From Balanoglossus misakiensis (taxonomy: Eukaryota; Animalia; Hemichordata): a stretch of DNA of 64,000 nucleotides. Positions 1-10,722 of the stretch are shown piece after piece. Within the stretch, counting starts at the first letter, position 1. Every line of letters starts with the position of its first letter. The stretch covers positions 6,184,303 to 6,248,302 of the forward strand of contig CM082582.2 of NCBI GenBank assembly GCA_040954595.2, written 5' to 3'. Made by a program: the position numbers and the translations under genes. The notes below the pieces were generated by a model. That model worked only from the letters and a program-made list of their open reading frames with translations, was not told where the DNA came from and did no database searches.

Positions 1-1506
1 GTGTCTAATCGCGTATTTACTTATGATATACGACCCTTTTGTATAATTCTCTGATGACCCCCGGCCCCGAGATGCACTTCGTGTAGTTCCAATTATTCTA
101 TTGAATAAAATGACCATTGAACTGTTTAGGGCAACACGTGCAATTAACTCGTTTAAGAGCTCCCTATTCCACAAGGACGAGAAGTTACTTGATCGGATGT
201 ACACGATTAACGTTTTTGGCGTTACAGAAAAGAGAACGCCATCGGGACTATTTTATGTGGACATGCCAATGACAACGTCCATTACCATGGAGTCAATACT
301 TTCACCAATGTTTAATTATGCAAAACCGTTTGTCAAGAGCAGATAGGGAATTCACGTTCAGTGTGATTAACATTGAAAAATTTAGCATCTCAAAAGGCAT
401 GTTAAAAATTAATTCAAATACTCACTCCATGTCCTTAATTCCCAGTGCATGAGTCTAAACAAACACAACTTATATAGCAACGATCAGAAACATAATGAAA
501 TGATTTATGTCGGAAACTAGGGACAGACATGTGAGTCGGATATTATAAATTAAACCCTGTACATCATTTCCTATGTATAAAGTGTAATTCTTCAGAGTCT
601 CTTCATCACATAAAAAACACATGACTCAATTATGCTCCACACGTTATTGATGATTTATGCTGCAGAACTTTTGATGATAGAAGGCGCGACAGATAGATCA
701 CGTTTATCGTCCACTTGTTGGCAGGTTCTCACGGAAAGAGATGGTAATACCTTAGACACATTTGATTTATCGTCATTTTATATTTAATACTTATGACATG
801 CTTATACTCATACCAGACACTTATGTCAATATTTGGAAGAATGCCAACAATGTTTCATTTAAAAAACAGGAAGAGCTGGTGTTTTTACTATTTTAAGCCA
901 GTTACAATTAAAACTATCAATATTGATTATACCTTTTCTGTTGTATTACTCTTGAGGCTATGGTAATATCGTGTTAGGTTGAAAAAATAACACGGTCTTG
1001 TAGGATCAAGTTGCATAATATAGAAGTTATGTGACGTACATAACTAATATATACTCATTAATAACAGATGAGAACGAAACTCGGGTGTTTAGGAATAAAA
1101 ACCCACAGAATAAAAAAATATGTGTATCAAATTAATGCATATGTATTGTTCAGTGTGTTCTGTTCTACACAGCCGACTGCTATGAACAAAAGTTAACGAG
1201 GTATATCTCCCTAGCAGAAATTAACTAGATCATAACTGGTCCAGTTTAAACACGGATCTTACGTCGAAATTTAAGTTTAAATGTTACTCGAATTAAATCC
1301 TGCAGCATTGGCAAACTATGGCGCCAGGAATATTGGCATACGCAAAAAAACAACAACAATCTGTTGTAAGCAAACAACACAAGCACCGGTCCACTATGGA
1401 AAATCCAGACGCAGTAATCAATTAGTCTACTGGAGTATTCGGTCACGCTGCACGCATTACCGTTGGAACGGCAGACATCGTGATGAGAGCGCATTCATTG
1501 CAATTT

Positions 1507-1599
1507 AACCCCGGCTCCCAAGAGGGGTGTTCAAGCTATCTGGCTGACAAACGAATGACCCGTGGCGATACGCCAGTGAACACCTGATCGAACGGGGTT
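1507..1599. repeat. Short imperfect palindromic (hairpin/MITE-like) element
   Basis: Nested inverted segments AACCCCG...GGTGTTCA...CTGGC / GCCAG TGAACACC...CGGGGTT. Confidence 0.45.
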
Positions 1600-4134
1600 T
1601 GCCTGTTTAGATTGCCTGGAATTGCTCTGTGCGATATATTATGAGTAACAGGGCGATGTTGTTATTTATGGCTAAATTTCTAACCTAGGGTAATATTTTT
1701 TTCTCATCCTGAAACTTATCTGAACTAGACATGTTTGGAAGAAAGGTGAACGAACACTAAAGACTCTCTTTTAAGAGAACAGATCATTACTATTGTTTGT
1801 TGTCATAGAAGCTGTCATTTTCTTCATCTTTGTGTGTGGAAATCCCAACTAGGAAAAGTGAGCAGAGTGAATTCGTATTATTTCAGAGCGATCTGTGCTT
1901 GTCTATTGTATCGTCTGGTTTATATAATCCCTTGGCCTCGGTATAAAATATTCCGCTCGCGGCGACGTATCATGACTTTATATATATATGCCGGTATTGA
2001 CTATACACGCAAAAGCAACTTGTGTTTAGAGTCAATCTATACATATGATACATGGATAAATTCTGCTGGTCATGTTCAGTCCGTCTTCTACTGTGGTTTT
2101 AAATGACAACATTAATAACGTGCATGTACACAGCTTTCAATCTGCCTGCGTCTCTACGTTCCGCGGGGCCTTTCTATATTCAAATGGATTAATTAATTAA
2201 TCCAGGAACAATTTTAACGACTACTAAAATATTCACAAACAATATAATCACGTTTGTCTACAGGTAAACGCCCTGCCCAAGGACTTTACTTCATCAATAA
2301 TGGGAGGGGGCAGATTTTCAAATCCTGCAGGCATTTTACAAAATAGTCACTCGGTTGATTTTTGGCAACATGCGTCGTGTTCATCAAAAAATCTCAATAA
2401 TTTTGCTTAGTACCAGCCTTCCCACAACATTCTACATCGTCAAGACCACTCAGATGGAGCGCGCTTGTAACATCTACGTTGTGTACTGATAACCCAGAAA
2501 GTTCAAAAGCTGGCCCCAATTAACTAATAATTAAGCAGGAAGTTTGAGATACCTGCGGTACAAGGACGACACTTACATTGTATGCTAATTACTATAGTAT
2601 CTTCTCACTTTCATTTCAATTGCCCTAATCAATCTATTTCTGGAACAGTTACACGCAAGTGGAGGTGGACCCGCTAAAATTGAAAATACCACATTGCTAA
2701 TGAAGTCTAGCACTGCAGCACTTATCACATGTATGATGTTTACTTTAAGCTAATGGACGACTGTGTTATAGCATATTAAGTTAGCGATTTCAAGGTTCTT
2801 CAACAATTTAAGTACATGAATGATATACCGGTATGAGGCGTGAGATATAAAGTGTTGGTAATTTCCAAACACGACCATCAGAAAGAACTTAAGTGGGACC
2901 AAAATAGCAACAAATACTGTGTAGTTTTATAACCGTGCTAACGTTATCATGTGGCGACATGGAAAGGGGCTTAGTCAATTGACAATGGTGAGTCCTGTAT
3001 ACGCACATATACAATGATATGGCTGGGATTAATATCTAAAATATAATAAAAATCCAGGGCATCTAGGTTCTGTTCCTTTGTGAAAGAGATCCTACTGGTT
3101 GTTTTAAAAGTAGGCCAGCCCTACTTTTCACAAACACGACTGCGCTTTGTAACGCAGTATCGTATTCTCTGCCAGATTCTGCGCTTCACACTGTATCATC
3201 CGATAAAAAAACTCATGTGATTTTCATGGAGAGGAGGTATACGACTCCCACAAAATAACTTACATATAAATGCAATGTGTGGAGTGACTGTCTTCTAAGC
3301 CACATTTCGCAGTCTATATGTAACTCTTCGCAAGCCTATCTCGTCATGATCAAGTGAGGTACATGTTCATCTGAAATAGTCATAGTCTTTTGACATCCAC
3401 ACAACTATACATTTGGACTTTACGTGGTACAACGAGCAACGTGCACTTGAAGCGCCCACGGTGTCTTCAACTGTTTCAAGCGCCTTACCTGACTTGCGAA
3501 CCGGACAAGAACGCCGCGGATAAACACAAACATAACACCTTCACACAAACCCTGCCGACCAGTAGCGTCGGAGCCATCGAGTAGCTGTATCACGGGTGCC
3601 GGCTGCCCAGTTGATGAAACCGATATAACTATAGTACAGTATATTTCTATTTTTATTCAAGTTAATATTCATGACGATACGGAGCGCGGCGAATATTTAA
3701 ATAGCCGATGTCTGCATATCACGTGACATGTACGCCACCTGACTTCAAACATTCAGATAAAAAGGCCATGCAATCAAACAGTATAAATCACGGGTGACGA
3801 AAGCCGATCTCAAAACAAGTCGGCTATGTTCGGCCAATGTATAATATATTCAGGAATCGCTTTTACAATGTTAATATCAACGAATGTCTCATGTGTATAT
3901 AAGTGACAATTTACAATTGTTTACATATCAAGCAAATTGCGTTGTTGATGTACAATTGACAAGCAGGATACTTGGGTATTTTATCACGTTATACATGTAT
4001 ATACGTAGTACAATAATGAAGGGGGATTGAGCTGCAAGGAAGGAATATACTGCAGTCCATTGATTTTTTCATCAGTCCGTTACAGTTGATATAAGAAGCA
4101 AAGTAATTTTTTTTCATTCGTACATGTATGTACA

Positions 4135-4177
4135 TTCATTCGTTCGTTCATTTATTTATTTATTTATTTATTTATTC

Positions 4178-4220
<43 letters not shown>

Positions 4221-4250
4221 CATTCATTCATTCATTCATTCATTCATTCG
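4135..4250. repeat. Compound tetranucleotide microsatellite (ATTT/ATCA/ATTC) downstream of the ligase stop codon
   Basis: Visible runs of ttta, atca and attc. Confidence 0.9.
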
Positions 4251-4299
4251 TTTTTTTGTAGTTCCGTCATTCTCTCGTTCATCCATTCTTAGTCTGTTT

Positions 4300-7200
4300 C
4301 TAGTGTCTATCTGTTTCTCTCGCTTTCAACAGCCTCCTTAAACTCTTTCCAGTGGCTGATTTGGGAATTTCACTGACAAACTCCACTCCGCCTCTCAGTT
4401 TTTTGTATGGAGCAACTTTGCCTGCAAAAGGAAAGGAAAGAAATGGGTGTACACTCACTATAAACGTCTGTCTGTCTGTCTGTCTGTAGTGTCTTGTATT
4501 GTGCTGTGAATTGACAGATTCAATGTTTCTGACACTAAAACCACGTCTCGTATTATTCTTACTGACTATATCAGATAATAAAAGTAATCACCTTCAACAA
4601 ATTTGACGATGTCTTCCACTTTCAGTTGATCCGACTTTGGTATGACCAGCGCCTTGGGTACCTCCCCTGCCTCTTCGTCAGGCTTACCAACAACGACAAC
4701 ATCCTGTATATCTGGCATTGATAGGATAACCTTTTCCAATTCAGCTGGTGAAATCTAAAACGGTAGAGATAAGTTTGTAAACAGGGAGTCAATGTTTGAC
4801 TTGCACAGACGTATTGCTTAAGTCTCATCTACAAATCAACGTACTCGAATTATCCCAGTGTTGAAAGAATATACGATCGATCGATCAAATAATCAATCAA
4901 TTAATGACAGTTGGCTACAGTTACCTGCAAGTCATGATACTTAATCAGCTCTTTCAGACGATCTATGACGTAGAAATGTCCTTTTTCATCATAGTGACCA
5001 AAATCTCCTTATGGACAAAAAAGTAGACAGACAAACAAACAGACAGAAAGTTAATATAAGTCGTTACTTCTGATCAAGGTGCTTACAGCAGTGACACTAA
5101 GTATGAACGATGCGCACAGCTGAACATCGTGTCATTACTCAGTAACCCGCATGGAGATAAGACAGCACACGTTCATCTTCTGGATTTGGCCAATTAGAAT
5201 GACGGAATAATCGAAACGATTCGCCTACCCCAGCTTTTCTAACCCACGAATTCGAATTATGCACAGGTATAAAAAAGAGTTCACGTACGTGACCAAACCT
5301 TCCCCTTGTTATTAATGGAATGACACAAGACCCCTAGATTTGAAATACCTGTGTGAATCCAACCCTCGCCAATTAACGTCTTCTTCGTCGCTTCCACATT
5401 TTTCAGATACCCTTTCATCACTTGTGGACCCCGGAAGCACAACTCACCATTCTGTCCAACGCCAACAGTCTCTCCACTATCAAGGTCAATGACCTCATCC
5501 AAAAAATAAAAGCGCATAATCAAAACCTGCGACAATTGAAATCAGAGCAGATCGGAACTCAACAGCGTTGTATGGCACAAGATTATAGTAAAGAATACTG
5601 TGATTGATAGTAAATAATACAGAATAGAGCAAGAATCCGTAGTTGTTAAAGGGGACAACAATAGGCTTTAAGCACCAGCCTCCGGGATGTCCGTCATCAG
5701 TGGATATCACGCAATCAAGCTTTTGCAGACGTCCCGAAACTCTTACCTTGGCTTCTGTGTTCGGTAGCAATGACCCAACAGATTCATCGTTAAACTTCTC
5801 TTGCGTGGAGACAAGTGTCACCAGATGCGATAACTCCGACATGCCATAACCTACACCATGGACATATTTAAATTCGCGGTTGAAAGGAGTACATGAAGAA
5901 AAGAGAAGAAATGTATTGTAATGACCTTATGTTGCATTTTCTGTGTATACCCTATAGGTGGTCACAATGATAGCTAGTTGCGGGTTTAAAGCAATTTCAG
6001 TACATTATAAATTTTCAATGAAAAGTCTTGTCGAAAAGAGTAAGCATAAACAACGGATATCTTTGCGCGCACGTTTCGATAAAACATCTGTTACGTTCGA
6101 AATCAGACCATTTCAGACAAAACACACGAATATTCAACCCTGGCCTGTGACTTCACTAACCCTGTCCCACGTGGAGGTTTGCATTTCCGAGACGCCCTCT
6201 GACGGCTTTGATAGTGTCTGCTCCAGCGGGCGCACCACCAAACACTACATCCTCGATGCTGGACAAATCATATTCATCAACTAAGGGATGTTTTGACAAG
6301 AACATAAAAGTAGATGTCCCAATGAAAAGCCTAGTTACCTGAAAAAAACAAAACAAACAGACAATCAAAAAACAACGACAAGTCTTGTGCGTTAACCAAG
6401 AATGGACAAGGTCTTTGTTTCCTACTTAGGCCTAAATGTCCTTTGTTCAGAATGTTGCTCTTAACCGAAGCTTTAAGTAGACAATCATGGGCCAATTCTG
6501 TTACACAGAGGTTTTTTAGTTGAGCATGAGGTATAATATACAGACATTTCAAAAACATAATGTATAAGAACTTATGTCACCTACCCCATACTCCTGGATG
6601 GTTCTGAGAAACGTCTCGGGTTCAAACTTCGGCAACGTGATGAGCTTAACGCCTTGTTTGGTTCCAAGTCCCAGGAAGGAAGATATCCCACTCGTGTGAA
6701 AGAAAGGTAACATCGTCATATACACGTCCGCCCCTGGCTGCATTCTTAAATAACCAGGGCTTCTGAAAGAGGGTACACAGACAGCATTGGACAAATCATC
6801 ACCCTCATTTCACAGCCAGGGGCCGTTGAAAAAAATCGATTGAAATTTTGCTCTCGTCAGCTTGGGATGCATCCGTGAAAAACCATTTTGAACTGAAATG
6901 ACGATAAAGTTGCTAAGTCATCTTCTTTTGACGAAATTACTATATTTTCCCTTACTCAGCATCTCGCCGATATTTTGTTTGCTTCTAAAAGAAACTTGAC
7001 CTTACCTTTGCTGTTCGATATTGGCGATGAGGTTGTAATGAGTAATCATAACACACTTGGGGAGTCCGGTAGTTCCACTCGAATAGGGCAAGAAGGCGAC
7101 ATCTTCCTTTGGGTTCACGTTCACATCAGTGGGAAATGCCGAGCCGTCGTCTTCCATTAGTTTGGAAAAGGGCGTGCACCCGCCGATGCTTTCGTCCCCC

Positions 7201-7688
7201 ATGACGTATATATTCTGAAATAGAAATTGCGCACGACTGTTCACACGCACACGCTTATGACATACAGCGGTCGATATGATGACACAACACTGTAACCATA
7301 GCAATAATAAGAGGGCAACAATCACAAATCCCTCATGTCGATGAACTTGTGTATCTTGATATCGTGTTTACCCCCAAAAATAAATTACCCGCTGCACTTT
7401 GTTCAGTTATGACTTGTGCGAAACGGGCATTGAATACATCTGTAGCAAATTCATTTTATGGCGAAGATATGTTGCGTCACGTGGTTTGATTAAACTGACA
7501 CAACCAACCTTTATACGCGCCAATGCTTCAGCAGCTTTCTTCGCCTTCTCCACGAACTCAGGAACTGTAATTATCCACTTTGCGTCGGAGAGATTCAGCA
7601 GATATATCATGTCATCTTGATAACGGGAAAAAGTTTAGATAAAACGTTTAATACACGAAAGCAGAGAGAGGGGTGAGAGAGAAGAGAG

Positions 7689-7723
<35 letters not shown>

Positions 7724-9765
7724 AAGAAAGAGAGAGAGAGAGTAAGAAAGAGAGGGAGAGAGAGTAATGAATGGCAAAAGCCATGCCAATAATGGTTAAA
7801 GATCGACACTTTTCGAGGAGACCAATTCCAACGTTTAAATGGTCCCTACATTCATTTCGCATCAAAATCTCGATTGCTCCAAAGGTCGACCATATACACG
7901 TACTTGGCACTCACAAACCTCTATAAACCCAGCTGTAGACTCTAAATTGTATTTGTAGGCCTAGTCTTGTTAGCAACATATTTACCTGCAGTGCTTTGAG
8001 GATTGACGGAGGTGACGACGCCCCCAACGGATAATACGGAGTTAAATGTGACGAAGTATTCCGGTGAATTCGGTTTACATATTGCGCACACATCCCCTGG
8101 CTGGAATCCCGCTCTAACCAAACCGCTACCACAACGATGCACCAACTCTTTAAGCTGTCTGAATGTGTAGCTCCGCTTCGACAAACCATCAATCTTTAAG
8201 GAAAGCATGAGAACCATTGAACACGAGGAAGAATCCTTTCCTTATTTGCGGCCTCTGATACACCCTTATAATAATATAACAGCCTATAAATAACTTTTGT
8301 CTCTTTGCATTTAAAGCTTTAAAAACGAAAATTATATGTAGGTTGCAATTATAAAATCATGTTTGCTGTAACTGATAATTTACTGTCTTTATTTTTGCAA
8401 TATACATAATCAACATCATATACATGTATATGAACGCCCGTAAGGGACATTTCGTAAAGCAAATATTTTTTTCTTATCTCATGAGCACGAGACACTAAGT
8501 CGTGCGCACGAGATGTCCCTTACGAGCTTTCATACATATACCTATGTACATACGTATGTGAAACCCATAAATTACTTTTTTTTTATTTTTTTTTTATTTA
8601 TTTCCGTTCATTTAATCTTACATGTATCATAAAGATAAAAATTATGCATAACATTTTGCCATGTGGCATCAATCTTTTAAGATGGAAAATTAGTAAAAAT
8701 GATCTATGTTGTCTTTGTAATGTAACTGATTCTTATGAGCATCTATTTTTAAAATGTCAACGTTTAGGGGATTTTTGGCAGCGTTTATCTGCTTTGCTCA
8801 GCAAACTTGGCATATGTCATGAGGTCGACTTAGAAACTATTATTCTTGGTTACAAAACTATGTACAGTCATCCTCTTTATAGATTTGTAAACATTGTCAT
8901 TACTATTGCAAAGTATTGTGTATTCGCTTCATGGGTCCATTTACAACATGATATTAACAGCATTAGAGCAAAAACCAATTTCGATATATTTTACAGATAT
9001 CTACAATTTATGCACCAAATACTCAAAAGGAATAATAATCTAGATTTCACCCATTATTGGAAGAAAATCCTTGCTTCCGTCTGAGATGTAATTATTTTGT
9101 TAAACAAATGTACCTGGTGAATCTCTTTTTATATAGTATTATTTTTTATTTATTTATTTATTTTTTTCATCAAAACACGATTTACCCATAAATTACTGCG
9201 CCTTTTATGCATATTGGCCAGAGGCCTTGTATTGCAAGTAACATAGCCAAAGCTCTGTTGCTACCTTTGACTCTTGACCCCCTAAGTATATACTTACCAG
9301 TGCCACGCGATCACCGTACGCGTCAAAGTCCGACATCAGGTATTGTGGAAATGACATATCTGTAGGTGGATGGATGTCTGCGTTCTTGCTTTTCACTATG
9401 TCTGAATAATGGAGCGAGAACGACAGCAAGAGAGCGGGAGAATAAATTCACAACATTAACAAGTTTAACCAACTTATATATACATGTAGATGTGTATTTT
9501 TTATAGTTCGGCTGTCTCCATTCATGTCGAGTGTTTGTACATTCTGTCTTTTTAACAGCAATGTGACGAGCGCCCATACTCAGATCTTACTGTGGTTTGC
9601 AACGACAGTTCTATTGACATGAAGATCTTCAAAATCGAAGAGAGTTGACTGCGTGTCCAGACCCTTGTGTGTGAGTCTATCTGAAACACACTGGGTATGG
9701 GTACCAGGCTATGGCTGATGCCTCCTTACAGAATAACAACATGAGGTGATACACTTACGGTTCAT
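4300..9765 (-). CDS. 4-coumarate--CoA ligase-like / luciferase-like acyl-CoA synthetase (ANL superfamily), multi-exon
   Basis: Exons in transcription order: [9759-9765 and 9591-9680, tentative 5' exons], 9298-9401, 7986-8193, 7509-7615, 7006-7214, 6585-6762, 6161-6338, 5747-5850, 5349-5493, 4925-5007, 4592-4754, 4300-4421 (TAG). All introns are GT-AG with consistent phases (~565 aa). Motifs: P-loop [87 protein letters not shown]. The start codon is uncertain. Confidence 0.92.
7662..7763. repeat. (AG)n-rich microsatellite, intronic
   Basis: Imperfect purine GA run. Confidence 0.9.
8425..8538. mobile_element. Short MITE-like element with ~30-bp terminal inverted repeats
   Basis: TATATGAACGCCCGTAAGGGACATTTCGT pairs imperfectly with ACGAGATGTCCCTTACGAGCTTTCATACATA; internal GCACGAGA subrepeats. 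A related degenerate copy lies at ~47380-47460. Confidence 0.65.
8577..9183 (-). mobile_element. 5'-truncated, internally inverted L1/Tx1-type LINE insertion in an intron of the ligase gene
   Basis: Flanked by a 14-bp direct repeat ACCCATAAATTACT (8563-8576 and 9184-9197). A T-rich tract at 8577-8603 reads as the poly(A) tail on the minus strand. The inner segment encodes an ORF2 C-terminal cysteine-rich region on the plus strand. Confidence 0.85.
8644..9084 (+). pseudogene. LINE ORF2 C-terminal fragment (zf-RVT-like CCHC region)
   Basis: HNILPCG...[17 protein letters not shown]...FW matches the C-x2-C...H-x4-C motif that follows the RT domain in L1/Tx1 ORF2. The RT and endonuclease domains are absent. 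Confidence 0.8.
9612..9711 (-). repeat. Interspersed repeat (MITE-like), copy 1
   Basis: The reverse complement TAGCCTGGTACCCATACCCAGTGTGTTTCAGATAGACTCACACACAAGGGTCTGGACACGCAGTCAACTCTC... aligns by eye with 36013-36112. Confidence 0.75.
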
Positions 9766-10722
9766 TTTGCCTCTTGTCTTGTGAAATGTGGTAAAGGGAC
9801 TGTCGCACCGTGCACTTCTAACTGGGGTAAAAAACAAAGTGACACTAACCCATGCATATCTCGCGCGCAGGCGATTTTGTTTGCTTTGTGGCATGTTGAA
9901 TTTTCGGGTCACTGTTCTTACGTCATTGTTACCTGCTACAACGTGGGTCTACGATGATGGATTGCAGTAGACGGTTGACCCAGGGTCTTAAGAACCGTTC
10001 TGGTACTAAATTTGAAGCCGGGAGCAATCACAAAAGCAAGACAATGAAGACATTTGCGAAATTAATTGGGAAATGCAAACGGCACGGAATGGAATTGGTA
10101 TACAATGCTGCACCCTCCGCTTATACCATACATGTATATAGATATGTGCTCAAAGCTTTAGGTCTATCAACTCAGTGGGATTCTGTTTATTTTTTCACCA
10201 TGGAATCCTGTGCAAGAGCAACGTTTTCTTAAATCTTGGTTTCTGCAGTTGGTATAATAATCAAGTTATTAAACCAAATGACAGTACCGCAATTACTTCT
10301 GAACATTTTAGTGAAGATGACGAAAGTCCTTTTTACCTTTTCTAATTATTAGCCGCATGAGGCATTTTCGGTTATTATGAAAATAACCGGCTTCATTCCT
10401 TTAAAAACGTTTATAATGCAAATTGTTTTGTCATTTAACGACAACGAAGAGTGATACAATTTGAAACAAAGTTAGTAATTTGGATCTAATAGAACTGTTT
10501 AATATACTAGTATATAATTGTCATAATTGGCGAGATTTTAATGAGTATATCAAAGGAATAAAATAGACCACAGGCCATATGTTTGAAACTTGAAATTAGT
10601 GACGCAGCTATAATTGAACTAGGGTATGCTTAAATAAACCTTTCGACAAAATTATTTGCAAAGGGTTTTCAAATCTCCTTCGAGACAAGACTGTTGCCTG
10701 TGAACACTGTCACGGTTACGCT

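Noticed and set aside
101-1508. ORFs 101-346 and 1281-1508 as exons of a further gene
   Set aside because: I recognise no motif and cannot build a consistent splice chain; these may be decayed transposon sequence and need a BLASTX search.
4270-4302. Stop-codon readthrough creating a cryptic PTS1
   Set aside because: Readthrough would add KQTKNG*, which is not an SKL-like signal.
4300-9765. Calling the ligase a luciferase
   Set aside because: Family membership alone does not imply light emission, and the A8 Lys-Gly of firefly luciferase is altered here.
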